A stretch of DNA of 64,000 nucleotides from Octopus vulgaris (GCA_951406725.2 OX597815.1:120094001-120158000), one strand, 5' to 3'; shown: positions 25,391 to 38,160, counted from the stretch's first letter. Numbers and translations: made by a program. Notes: generated by a model from the letters alone, not told the origin.

Positions 25391-26472
25391 ATACTGGGTA
25401 TTCGCAGTTTCTATAGCAAAAATTATACTTCCAAGGTATACCATGCAATAGAATTGAACAAGGAACCTAATGGTTTGCAAAACAGTCTTCTTCACTACAC
25501 AGCTATGTCAGAAAGCATAAGAGCATAACTTGAAAGCATCAATATTAACTAAGGTGAATTACTCAATTCTCACTCGTGAAAAGAAAAGAAAAGCATTATC
25601 TAAGCTTAAAATTTATACTTTTAAGTTAAGATAACCTTTTATTAACCTATTTGCAATTATTTAATAGGATTTAATAGGATAGCTTCTTTTTATTGAAATA
25701 AACTGAAACACAAGTATTTAAACGGAGGTTGGCACACATTATAGAGACTCCTTCCCCAAACACCACCACTAATGAAGTTAATTATTCTAATTTAATAGTG
25801 AAAAGAAAAAAGAGTGTTAAAGTTCGTATTCTTGAATAAATTATTAATATAATCTTAATTTTTATATCAATAATCTGAATATTTGATTATTTTCTTTCTC
25901 TCTCTTGTAATGAGTACATTCGCAAATGGATTCTTCAACTGCAAAAAGTAGCAGCAACAGTGGGTAGTAGTTGTAGTAGTAGTAGTAGTAGTAGTAGCAG
26001 TAGTAGTAGCAGCAGCAGCAGCAGTAGTATTAGTAGTAACAACAGTAAAAACAACAACAACAATCATTATAATAATAATAGCAATAATAACAGTAATGGT
26101 AATAAACAAAATAATAATAAATAAATAAAATAAAGTGAAAATATAATAAAATAAATAAATAATGTGCATTTTAATGAAGATCTATTGTATTTGTTGTATC
26201 AACTTCGTTTTGAATTTTTAACTTTTAATTTGAAACATTTTGCTCAATAAAACACCTGGAAACACTACAGAAATTTTCTGTGATGAATCAAATATTTTTT
26301 TTCCCTCTTTCCTATTTCTTTGTCTTGTTTTTTTTTTTTTGCATTCTCCTTTATTTTTAATTAAGAAGTCAATTAGTTAGAAAAGAGGATCTGCCCAGGA
26401 TTATAATGATGATGATGATGATGACTGGGATTATATTAGGGTAAAATTATTGTCCACAGCAATTAGCCAAAA

Positions 26473-26530
26473 TTGCTACTGCTGCTGCTGCTTGCGCTGC
26501 TGCTGCTGCTGCTACTACTACTACTACTAT

Positions 26531-26590
<60 letters not shown>

Positions 26591-26657
26591 AGCTCCTACT
26601 ACTACTGCTACTACTACTGCTATTGCTACTGCTGCTACTACTGCTGCTGCTGCTGCC
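26473..26657. repeat. (CTG/CTA)n compound microsatellite
   Basis: Directly visible trinucleotide runs. Confidence 0.95.
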
Positions 26658-27044
26658 ATTAATTCCTGCTGTCAATTCTTTTGTCGTCTTTGATATTGTA
26701 TGGTGTTATTTCATCAATGCTTTTTGCTCTGGTTGATTGTACAATGTTTCCCTATCTTTTTACGACCTAATCAAACCAAACAGGGAGCCCACATGTCATC
26801 AGTTGACAAGCCAGAAATAGCAGCCAATTCATTCCCATTACAGTATGCAATATTAAATACAGGAAGAAGGTGGCAAGCTGACAAAGTCGTTGGCACACTG
26901 GACATACAGACATACAAACACACACACACAACCAGATTATCTTCTTAATCCTTTTGAAGCTAGTCTGACAGAGTCCACATTCTATTATGCAAATTTCTGT
27001 TTTAAAGTGATCTAAATTAAAACTTTCCATCAAAATTTTACGCT

Positions 27045-27610
27045 CTCTTTTACTCTTTTGCTTCTTTCTGTCATTTAACTGTAGCCATGCTGGAGCACCG
27101 CCTTTAGTTGAGCAAATCGAACCCAGGACTTATTCTTTGTAAGCCTAGTACTTATTCTATCGGTCACTTATGCCGAACCGCTAAGTTACGAGGGCGTAAA
27201 CACACCAGCATCGGTTGTCAAGCGATGTTGGAGGGACAAACACAGACACACAAACACATTCACACACATCATCCGCTTTAACGTCCGCTTTCCATGCTGG
27301 CATGGGTTGGACGGTTCAACTGGGGTCTGGGAAGCCAGAAGGCTGCACCAGGCCCAGTCTGATCTGGCAATGTTTCTACGGCTGGATGCTCTTCCTAACG
27401 CCAACCACTCCGTGAGTGTAGTGGGTGCTTTTTACGTGCCACCGGCACATATATACATATATATATAGAATGGCCGAGTGGTCTAAGACACCAGGTACGT
27501 TAATCAGATGATGATGACGGTGATATATATATATATATATATATACATACGACGGGCTTCTTTCAGTTTCCATCTGCCAAATCCACTCACAAGGCTTTGG
27601 TGGACAGAAA
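27045..27610 (-). mobile_element. Main-family SINE interrupted by an RTE 3' tail (27268-27446)
   Basis: SINE 3' half, then an RTE tail, then the SINE body resumes at gggcttctttcagtttcc. Confidence 0.75.
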
Positions 27611-27963
27611 CTGTAAGAAAGCCAGTCTATACAAACATATATATATATATATATTAGAAGGTTTGGAGATGATGTACAGGTATTTTATATTAGAAGAAAT
27701 GAGGTACTCAGAAATTTGGATGGTTTTATATTTACAGATATTTATTTGTATATTACATGTTTTTATACATTTTATATCATATATCATATATTAGCACTTT
27801 CATCTATTCTAGTGGAATTTTCAAATTGAACTAAGTTCTTGGTGAAAATTTGACCATTTTTATAGTGTTATTGAGTGTGTAGTGGTGCGGAGGGATATAA
27901 GATAGTACAAGAGGGTGATGAATGGGGAGATAATGAGAGAGAGCATGTAGGTGTGTGTGTGTA

Positions 27964-27999
<36 letters not shown>

Positions 28000-28299
28000 T
28001 ACGTGTGTGTGTGTGTGTTTTTGTATCTGAAAGAGGTGTTAAAGAAAAAGAAGGAAAGGAAGAAAAGGGAGAGAAAGAACAAAAAATTGTTTTGTTGATC
28101 TCTTTGTAGCTGGTCAGTATGTTTACTCCAAGGGGAGCAAGATGTCACTTTTCAAAAAATTGTCTGGATTTCTTTTTTACCATTGTCTAGTGAGTGTGTG
28201 TGTGTTTGTATCTGAAAGAGGTATTAAAGAAAAAGAAGGAAAGCCAATAATAATTCTTGGCTTACAGTGATTGTAAGCTGGATTTACATATATATACCT

Positions 28300-28865
28300 T
28301 TTATCTTTTCCTCATTTCAGTCATTAGACTGCACCCATACTGGGGGTTTTTAGTCGAAGAAATTGCCCCCAGGACTTAAAATTTTTTATGCCTAGTACTT
28401 ATTCTATTGGTCTCTTTTCCCAAACCACTAAGTTACAGGGACATAAAACATACCAATATTGGTAGTCAAGCAATGGTGTGGGGGATAAACATAGACACAA
28501 TGCCACACAAATAGATACACACATATATATATTCCAGGTTGAGCGAAAAGTTCATGAACCGTATTAAAATAATGAACTGAATGAACACGCACACCACAAA
28601 AATATATAAAAAAGCAGTACTTTAAAACACTGCATGAAAATTTTCCTCAACTTAATATACAGACACACACACACACACACATATATATATACATATATAC
28701 ACATATATAAATATATATGATTGGCCTCCACACGTTTTCCATCTATTAAATTCACTCTTAAGGCATCTGGTTGGCTTGGAGCTATAAAAGAAGACACTTG
28801 CTCAAAGTGCTATGTAGAAGGATTAAACACAGAACCACATAGTCACAAAGCAAGCTTCTTATCCA
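28300..28865 (-). mobile_element. Diverged main-family SINE
   Basis: ttcagtcattagactg...gcctagtacttattc...gaagacacttgctcaaag. Confidence 0.65.
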
Positions 28866-29844
28866 CAAACCCAGGTTTTCTTTTTCTCTCTTTCTCTCTG
28901 CCCTCTCACCTCTCTCTCTCTCTCTCTGCCCCCCCCCCCACCTTCGCCTCACTCAGTTTTTTAGTAGCCTTCAGTGTTCTTCTTGCTGCTAATATTCTTT
29001 GAAAATGTTGATTTTATTAGTACCAGCACTGAACGTCCAATCCTTGCTATTGTTTCACCCATTGCAGGTGGTACAAACTCTCCTGCAAGCTGTTGCTGCT
29101 ACCAAATAAAAAAAAAAATCTCTGAAATAGTTTTGAAACACACATTCTTACTTCGAATAAAAATACCAAATTCATTATAAATTTTCTTCAATTTACATAT
29201 TCTAGGTGCAATATCCACAGTTCTTGGAATATATTTGTGTAAGTAAATCAACTGGCATTGATTTGGCATTTAGTCAGAATAGATTTTCAGACATTAATCA
29301 ATATATAGTGTACTGAGGATTGATTGGGATGCTAACACACATAAAAGGATGACTTTGCTATTTCTGTAAGAAATGGTGAACTATATCATTCATTACAATA
29401 CTGTATGGTGGATAGTAAAAGAGCTTTTTACCAGCAAAGTTTGGAGTTTATAATTCATCAACCAATTTTTTCTTTCTTTCTTCTTCATTCATCCATTTCT
29501 TCTTTTCATTTGGAATCTCTTTCTTTTCTTTTTCCTATTACTCTCCCATGTTTGTTAGAATATAGCTTGACAAAGTTGGACCAAGTAATTATTTATGTGA
29601 CTATATGTTGCAATCAAAGATACATTTATGTTTAAAATCCATAGAGAACTGAGATATTGAGATTTTCTTTCTTGCTGGTTCTCCTTAACGTTGATATATT
29701 CAAAGTAGTCAGATTGTCGACACATACACACACATGCACACTCATACACACACACACGTGCATGTGTGTAACCACATGATTAGTCATAATGTTCTTTCTC
29801 TTTCTCTTCTTAGTATGTGTGTGTACACACACACACACTCGTGT

Positions 29845-29879
<35 letters not shown>

Positions 29880-29934
29880 TTACATATATACATAAACATG
29901 TAGGAAGGCAGGAAGTAAATAGACACCTTTAATT

Positions 29935-30430
29935 TTCAAAATCTTTTATTTGATATTAATTGGTTGAAGGGGAGGTTTTCTTTTAGCTGCTCATCCATGA
30001 TATCCAAGCTTATGCAGATATATAACATACATTCTTGGACTAACTTCTAGCTGTTTTGCAATGTCAGAAGCCTTCAAACGGGGGTTTGTTTTCCACAATT
30101 CTCTTCAAACAGTGAAGTTTCCTTTCCAAGGGGCCAGGTCGGCAAGGACGAGAATTTGTTGATTCTTTTCTTTGACTTTTGAATTGCACTATAATTCTAT
30201 AATTCTATAACAGCAGCAAGAGGAATTTGAAGATTTTCGGCTAAAACCAGCCTCAGATTGCACGGCAATATGACCTCTTTGAAAATCTGACAGTTCTACT
30301 GAATTTTGTGTGTGTGACATGGTTACATTTTGCACCGGGAATGTTAAAGAATAATTATATTGTAAATTCTACACTGTTAAAAACATATTAAGACGCTTAG
30401 ATCAGAAATTTACTTTCTGCATGTCTGTGT
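29935..30430 (-). mobile_element. Tc1-like transposon, left end and N-terminal half
   Basis: - strand MSHTQNSVELSDFQRGHI...AKQLEVSP..LHKLGYHG*AAKRKPPLQPINIK; terminus TA|cacagacatgcagaaagt. Confidence 0.75.
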
Positions 30431-30468
30431 ATATATATATATATATATATTTACTTTCTGCATGTCCG

Positions 30469-30529
<61 letters not shown>

Positions 30530-30532
30530 ATA

Positions 30533-31053
30533 TCATCATCATCATCATCATCATCATTGTTTAATGTCCGCTTTCCATGCTAGCATGAGTTGGACGATTT
30601 GACTGAGGTCTGGCAAACCAGATGGCTGCACCAGACTCCAGTCTGATCTGGCAGAGTTTCTACAGCTGGATGCCCTTCCTAATGCCAACCACTTCGAGAG
30701 TGTAGTAGGTGCTTTTACATGTCACCGGCACAAGGGCCAGTCAGGTGGTACTGGCAACAGCCATGCTCAAATGGTGCTTTTTATGTACCACTTGTACAAG
30801 AGCCAGTCCAGTGGCACTGGCAACGACCTCACTCAAATGTTTTTTCACGTGCCACCAACACAAGTGCCAGTAAGGCGACGCAGATAATGATCATGCTCGA
30901 ATAGTGTTTTTTACGTGCCACCAGCATGGAGGCCAGCTTGTTACTCTGGCAATGATCATACTCGTATGGTACTCTTAGCGCTCCACTAGCATGGATGCCA
31001 GTCATCGAATTTGATTTTGATTTCAATTTTGATTTCACTTGCCTCAACAGGTC
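30533..31053 (-). mobile_element. RTE LINE 3' UTR with several diverged minisatellite units
   Basis: (CAT)n tail, conserved 3' block, repeated ggtgctttttacgtgccacc-like units. Confidence 0.8.
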
Positions 31054-31067
31054 ATGCACATACTAAG

Positions 31068-31375
31068 AAGGCATGTACCTTAGTGGTTAGGGTAATCGGC
31101 TCATGATTGTAAGGTCATGAGTTCAATTGAATCCTCAAGCAAAACAATTTATTTCACATTGCTCCAGTTCACTTAGGTGGCAAAAATGAGTAGTATCTGT
31201 ATTTCAAAGGGCCAGCCTTGTCACCTGTGTCATGCTGAATCTCTCTGAGAACTACTTTAAGGGTACACATGTTGGTGGAGTGCTCAACCACTTGCATGTT
31301 AATTTCATGAGCAGGTTGTTCAGTTGATCAGATCAACTGGAACCCTCATCATTGTAACTGGTGGAGTGCCAGTTA
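31068..31375 (+). mobile_element. Third tRNA-headed SINE family (related copy at 45685-45885)
   Basis: ccttagtggttaggg...gagttcaatt head; shared tttcacattgctccagt.cact.ag.tgg.aaaaatgagt block. Confidence 0.6.
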
Positions 31376-31601
31376 TATATATATGAGTGTGTGTATATAT
31401 ATATAACCCTATACATACACATCCAGACCCCTCCCACGCACTTTTAGCTGGTCCCTCAACCCTATTATCTCCCCTTATTTCGCTCTCGCGTCTCATGTTT
31501 GATCTTTGACCTCTGGCCGAAATCAGATCGCCATGTTGATTCGTTAGCTACTGCACGCATTTTTTTCTCTCCTTCTTTCTGTGTTTTTCTCTCTCTGTGT
31601 A

Positions 31602-31639
31602 TCTTTCTGTTGAAGAGCGTAGGCTCGAAACGTTAAAGA
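31602..31639 (+). ncRNA. Minimal type-I hammerhead ribozyme motif (CUGUUGA variant)
   Basis: tcttt-CTGTTGA-agagc-gtag-gctc-GAA-ACGT-T-aaaga. Confidence 0.6.
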
Positions 31640-32185
31640 CTTGTTTTATTTATATTTCCTGAGCGCCATACTAATACAATTGTTCGTTTGTTTTCCACCT
31701 GCCTTCGTCTTTTGTTTATTTTCATAAAGCTTCCCGTTATATATATATATATATGTATATACATATATATACATATATATATATGCATCAAACGATGTTT
31801 TGGGAGCATTGTAGCCTCTGTCAATATATACATATACAATTAAGCACTTTGACTACACCATTAGAGCATTTTAACTCTTATTTGTAGCAATGTAGGTGTT
31901 TCTAACACCCTAGTCACATTTAGTGATGATAATAGTTTTTCTTTTTTTTTTTGGTGAAATGCTGCAAACTATTAATTATATTAATTTTCCATGTATATAT
32001 ATATATATATATATATATATTTTCATTTCATTTCATTCATTTAGCGTCCTTCTCCATGCTAGCATGGGTTGGACGGTTCAACTGGAGTCTGTGAAGCTGG
32101 AAGGCTTCATCAGGCCCAGTCAGATCTGGCAGTGTTTCTACGGCTGGATGCCCTTCCTAACGCCAACCACTCCGTGAGTGTAGTG

Positions 32186-33018
32186 GGTGCTTTTTACGTG
32201 CCACCCGCACAGGTGCCAGACAGAGCTGGCAAATGGCCACGAACGGATGGTGCTTTTACGTGTCACCGGCACGGGGCCAGGCGAGGCTGGCAACGGACAC
32301 GAACGGATGGTGCTTTTACGTGCCACCAACACGGGGGCCAGACAGAGCTGGCAAACGGCCACGAAACGGATGGTGCTTTTACGTGTCACCGGCACGGGGG
32401 CCAGGCGAGGCTGGCAACGGACACGAACGGATGGTGCTTTTACATGCCACCGACATGGGGGCCAGACAGGGCTGGCAAACGGCCACGAACGGATGGTGCT
32501 TTTACGTGTCACCGGCATGGGGGCCAGGCGAGGCTGGCAACGGACACGAACGGATGGTGCTTTTATGTGCCACCGACACGGGGGCCAGACAGAGCTGGCA
32601 AACGGCCGCGAAACGGATGGTGCTTTTACGTGTCACCGGCACGGGGGCCAGGCGAGGCTGGCAACGGACACGAACGGATGGTGCTTTTACATGTCCGACA
32701 TGGGGGCCAGACAGGGCTGGCAAACGGCCACGAACGGATGGTGCTTTTACATGTCACCGACATGGGGGCCAGACAGGGCTGGCAAACGGCCACGAACGGA
32801 TGGTGCTTTTACGTGTCACCGGCACGGGGGCCAGACAGAGCTGGCAAACGGCCACAAACGGATGGTGCTTTTAGGTGTCACCGGCACGGGGGCCAGGCCA
32901 GGCTGGCAACGAACACAAACGGCTGGTGCTTTTACGTTCCACCGACACGGGGGCCAGACAGGGCTGGCAAACGGCTACGAACGGATGGTGCTTTTACGTG
33001 TCACCTGCACGGGGGCCC
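32186..33018. repeat. GC-rich minisatellite, ~62-bp unit x14, largely alternating A/B variants, inside the LINE 3' UTR
   Basis: 14 occurrences of ggtgctttt at ~60-63-bp spacing; variants ccagacagagctggcaaacggcc and ccaggcgaggctggcaacggac. Confidence 0.95.
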
Positions 33019-33065
33019 TGATGTTGATCGACCTCAATTTGGTTTGATTTTGATTTTGGCTGTTC

Positions 33066-34701
33066 TCACTGGTCTTGCCGGGTTTTCTCACGCACAGCAT
33101 ACTTCCAAAGGTCTCGGTCACTGGTCATTTCCTTGGTGAGACCTAAAGTTCGAAGGTCGTGCTTCACCGCCTCGACCCAGGTTTTCCTGGGTCTACCTCT
33201 TCCACAGGTCCCCTCAACTGCCAGGGTGTGGCACTTTCGCACACAACTATCTTCAGCCATTCTCATCACATGACCATACCAGCGCATACGTCTCTCTTGC
33301 ACACAACAACTGATGCTTCTTAGGTTCAACTTTTCTCTCAAGGTACTTACACTCTGTCGATTATGAACACTGACGTTACACATCCATCGGAGCATACTAG
33401 CTTCATTTCTTGTGAGCTTACGCAAATCCTCAGCAGTCACAGCCCAAGTTTCACTACCATGTAGCATGGTTGTACGTACACATGCATCATACAGTCTGCC
33501 TTTTACTTTGAGCGAGAGGCCTTTTGTCACCAGCAGGGGTAAGAGCTCTTTAAACTTTGCCCAGGCTATTCTTACTCTAGCAGTTATACTTTCAGCGCAC
33601 CCACCCCCGCTACTGACTTGGTCACCTAGGTAACGGAAACTATCAACTACTTCTAGCTTTTCTCCCTGGAAAGTGACGGAAGTTGGTCTCAGAGCATTTT
33701 CAGTGTTAATTGTTCCTGAGCATCTGCCACATACAAAAACCATCTTCCTAGTTAGCCTTCCTTTGACATTGCTGCACCTCTTATGTGTCCATAGCTTACA
33801 CTTGGTGCATCTTATAGAGTTTCTACCTACACCTTTTCTACAGATCGAGCAGGGCCATCTACCTGAAGGCGTTTGTGATTGGTCTACCTTCCTACTTATT
33901 AGGACTTTGGTTTTGGCTAGGTTGATTCTAAGGCCCTTCGATTCTAAACCTTGTTTCCATACCTGAAACTTCTCCTCTAGTTCTGATAGAGACTCAGCAA
34001 TTAGAGCAAGGTCATCAGCATAGAGGAGCTCCCAGGGGCATCCTGTCTTGAATTCCTCCGTTATTGCCTGGAGGACTATGATAAATAGGAGGGGACTGAG
34101 GACTGAACCTTGGTGGACCCCAACCTCTACCCTGAATTCTTCACTGTACTCGGTGCCAACCCTCACCTTACTAGCAGCGTCTTTGTACATGGCTTGTACA
34201 GCTTTCACTAACCATTCATCTATCCCTAGTTTCCTCATTGACCACCAGATGAGGGATCGGGGGACCCTGTCGAAGGCTTTCTCCATATCAACAAAAGCCA
34301 GGTATAGGGGCTTGTCTTTGGCTAGGTATTTCTCTTGCAGCTGTCTTACCATGAAAATAGCATCAGTAGTACTTTTCCCTGGCACGAACCCAAACTGCAT
34401 CTGATCTAGGCTAACTCTCTCTCTAATTAGTTGGGCTATAACCCTCTCCGTAACCTTCATTACCTGATCCAGCAGCTTGATACCCCTGTAGTTATTTGTA
34501 TCTAGGGCGTCACCTTTACCTTTGTAGCAGCTGACTATTATGCTGCTACACCAGTCATTGGGAATGACTCCTTCGTGTATCACCTGGTTAACTATACGGG
34601 TGACTAGGCTATAGCCGACACTACCAGATATTTTGAGCATCTCTGCAGTAATTCCTGATGGGCCTGGGGCTTTCCCTGTTTTCATGCTTTTAATTGCCTT
34701 A

Positions 34702-34706
<5 letters not shown>
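33066..34706 (-). CDS. Reverse transcriptase of RTE LINE (partial ORF, ~546 codons, no stops) with an inserted PHD finger
   Basis: KAPGPSGI, NYRGIKLL, QFGF..GKST, FVDMEKAFDRV, GVHQGSVLSPLLF, YADD, FRYLG, RWYGHVMR, GRGRPRKTW; the track's start at 34781 is only read-through of the TA run. Confidence 0.95.
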
Positions 34707-34759
<53 letters not shown>

Positions 34760-34803
34760 TAGTCTTGATAGAATTGGCCATATCAGTTCTATTTTAACAA
34801 AAA

Positions 34804-34841
34804 CTGTCCGACGAATGGGAACGTGAAACTCCGAGTAACAG
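34804..34841 (+). ncRNA. Minimal type-I hammerhead ribozyme motif (CCGACGA variant)
   Basis: ctgt-CCGACGA-atgggaacgt-GAA-ACTC-c-GAGT-A-acag, in a ~115-bp cassette between (TA)n runs. Confidence 0.65.
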
Positions 34842-34890
34842 GTTTTGTTGAATTTCTGATGCTTTTAAATAAAGTATATATATATATATA

Positions 34891-36600
34891 AAATCTATAT
34901 TCAATTAATAGAAGAAAAGAAAATGGAGAATTGAAAGTTAATAATTTTTTATTAATAAACTGCTAAGTCTTATTTCCTACAGCTGTTTCCATTTGTGCTC
35001 ATTAAATGAATTACAAAATTTCTGCTTTGAATTTGCATTTATAAATTTGCTAAATATCATCAGGGAAAAAGGTATAATAAAAGATTATATAAAATTAAAT
35101 TAGGCAGGCTAACCATTATACAAAGCTTTTAAAATATGAATTGTACTGGATTAAATAAGTTCATATGGGAATTAAAGAATAATAACATTGAATTTAATAT
35201 TAAACGGGAGATTGTTAGTTTTTTGAGGTCATATAAAATCTCCAACAAACAATGTGAGATGTGTACTGAAGAAGTGTATAAAATCCTTATATTTAGAAGA
35301 AATTTACTTGATTTAAAAGAAAAGAAAAAATGTTTCGTCTTTATTCAGTGAAATATGTTTTCTTATTAAACTTTATACTCATAATATAGGGTAATATTAA
35401 ACTATATGATATACTATTCATATAACATCCTCTAACATTTATGTAATATATTACCTATTGATGTAACAAACTAGCGTTATTAAAAATGTTTTGTAACTAT
35501 ATCTATAAACAGTAATTGAGATAACAGTTATTAATTACACCACTTATGATGCATAATATATTCGACTTTATTGCCTTAAATTAACAACTAAAATTCTAAC
35601 AATATCCTAAATAATAATTAAAAATAATTATTAACTAATTTACTGAAATTTGCTTAATCAGTACATAGTGAATACATTTCATAACTGTTTTTATTAACAC
35701 TAATTAAGATGATATAACATAACAAATTTCTATCTATAACTAATACAACAGTCTTTCTAAATTTATACTTAACTGAATATTTAGAACCTTTATCTTATTA
35801 ATTAAATAATATAGATGAACTAAATTCCCATTTATTGATAATATCCCGAAATTCTTTCTATAAACTACTTTTGTGATGACATAATGCTCAAGATCTCTAT
35901 TTATCTAGAATGTAAACAAATTGTATATATTCATCGTGCTGATTATATGGTAGATAAAACCCTATATTTTATGTAGATATCATTTTATGTAAATGTATAT
36001 AATAGAAGCATTAATCAAATTACACTAAAATATAAACAAATACTATCAAATTGACAGTTACAATGCGTATATACGTGTAATTTTTACATATAATTTTATA
36101 TATGTATATCTGTATGTACATATTTATCTACATATGTATATTCTATCTTATCTTATTCTATTTTTGTTCTACTTTCATTTATTTAATTTTTATTTTTATT
36201 TTATTTATTTCATATTTTTATACCTTTTATTTTGATTGTATTTTACTTTCTATATTATTTTATTTTATTCTACCTTAATATCTTTAAAATTTTATTTCTT
36301 ATTATATTCATGTTAATTCATTAACCCTTATGCACACACAAAAATAAAAATAAAATAACTTCATATATTTAGCCTGCTGGTATGAACTAAGAGGTCAAAG
36401 TGTAATCTTTTATTATACCTTTTACTCTGATGATATTTTACTAATATCTTATAAATGAAAATTTAAAGCATAAATTTGTAATTTATTTAATGAGCACAAA
36501 TGGAATCAGTTGTTAGAAGTAAGAATTATCAATTCATCAATAAATAATTATTAACTTTCAACTCACCATTTCCTTATATTCTATTAATTGAATACAGATT
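34891..36600 (+). mobile_element. Penelope-like element remnant: GIY-YIG C-terminus flanked by inverted pseudo-LTRs with hammerheads
   Basis: 34891-35090 is the reverse complement of 36400-36600; each arm carries CTGATGA...GAA; ORF TGLNKFIWELK..IEFNIKREIV...SY..SNKQCEMCTEE resembles a PLE endonuclease tail. Confidence 0.75.
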
Positions 36601-36950
36601 ATATGCATAATATATACTTATTGATTTAGGGAAATTTTATTTCCCAAAAATATTAGGTATAGAACCAATGTTTTCTTGGATGTAATCATTCCATTTAGAA
36701 GTTAATATGTCTTCTAATTAACTCTAATTAACTCTCTCTATATATATTATAAATATGAGGGTAGTAAATTAAAATAATTTATTACCAGGGGTTAGCATAC
36801 ATAAATAAAAGTCATAAGACATAACATATTTTTAAAAATATAAGAGTGTGGTTTGGGTTTTAACTGGCCTTTTTAGCATGTAAGGAGTCCTGTCAATGGT
36901 CTCCTCTTTGTATCTAAAAATATTTTATACATTCCTTTTTAAATATATAT

Positions 36951-37009
<59 letters not shown>

Positions 37010-37010
37010 C

Positions 37011-37041
<31 letters not shown>

Positions 37042-37092
37042 TGTATGTATGTATGTATGTATGTATGTATGCATGTATATGTATATATACAT

Positions 37093-38160
37093 GCAGAGTG
37101 TCCCCAAAAAGTGTATACATACTTTAACACTGATAGCTCATTTAATTTTCAATACCGAATGTGGCTGATGCCAGTGCCACCTTGACTGGCTTCCATGCCA
37201 CTGGCACGTAAAAAGCACCCCCTACACTCATGGAATGGTTGGCATTAGGAAGGGCATCAAGCTGTAGAAACACTGCCAGATCAGACTGGATCCTGGTGCA
37301 GCCTCCTGGCTTCCCAGACCCCAGTCGAACCGTCCAACCCATGCTAGCATGGAAAACGGATGTTAAACGATGATGAGGATGATGATGATGATGATGATGA
37401 CGATGGTGGTGATAGTGGCGGCGGCAGCGGCGGCGGTGACGATGATGATGATGATGATGATGAAAGGGAGCCAGACTAAGCTTTGAACAAGGGAAATTTA
37501 TCTGAAAGGGCTACTGGAGGTTTTGAAAATGAAGTTGAAGCACCAAGACAGTTTAGTAGGGCGTTTCAAACAGATCTGAATATTCAACTTACCATTGCTG
37601 AAATTAGAGGTAAGTTTGAAGCAGGCAGAACTATTTGGAATGTTCACAAAAAACAATCTGGAAAACTGCAGCCACTGACAAGTTTCACAAAACAAGAGAT
37701 GATAGTAGAAATGTATTTCTAGTGTTCTATAAAATCTGTATGGCAAGTAAATAGGGAGATAGTAATTTCAAAATCAAGTGTCCTTCACATATTGAAGCAC
37801 TGTCATTGGAAAAGTTACACTCCAAGAATAATCCATGCTCTCAGTGAAGATGATCCAGACTGAAGAGTGGAGTTCTGTGAGTAGTACTTGGTATGATGTG
37901 TTGAAGATGTACACTTTCCCACAAAGATTGTTTGGAGTGATGAGGTTATATTCAAATTAAATGGCTCAGTTAACTTGCACAATTTCACCAACTGAAACCT
38001 GAGAAACTGTATATAATGGAGGAACATCGTGCTAATTCACTTAGAGTCACAGTATGATGTAGCTTATTATCAAAAGGAATAATCAGACCATTCTATTCTG
38101 ATGGTAGTATAACTGGTCTCATTTTCTTGAAGTTGTTGCAACACTATGTAATGCCAAGCA
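37093..38160 (+). mobile_element. Degenerate Tc1/mariner-superfamily (rosa/DD41D-like) transposon, 3'-truncated, with an RTE tail inserted at 37158-37400
   Basis: TIR-like cagagtgtccccaaaaagtgtataca; [41 protein letters not shown]. Confidence 0.75.

Larger units (their letters stand above)
32040..34706 (-). mobile_element. 5'-truncated RTE-clade LINE with 3' UTR
   Basis: RT ORF followed by the 3' UTR shared with about 15 short copies in the window; truncated at a (TA)n run. Confidence 0.95.

Noticed and set aside
26447-26736. Poly-Ser, poly-Leu and poly-Ala ORFs
   Set aside because: Trinucleotide microsatellite open in several frames, with no coding context
32186-33018. CRISPR-like regular array, and the long + strand ORFs 32069-33139, 32187-33047 and 32233-32874
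   Set aside because: The intervening sequences are near-identical rather than unique spacers, there are no cas genes and the context is eukaryotic. The ORFs are stop-free only because the GC-rich unit lacks stop codons.
34707-34781. N-terminus MANSIKTSIYIYIY of the 571-aa ORF
   Set aside because: Chance read-through of the (TA)n run. The LINE is truncated here and lacks its endonuclease domain, so it is not an autonomous copy.
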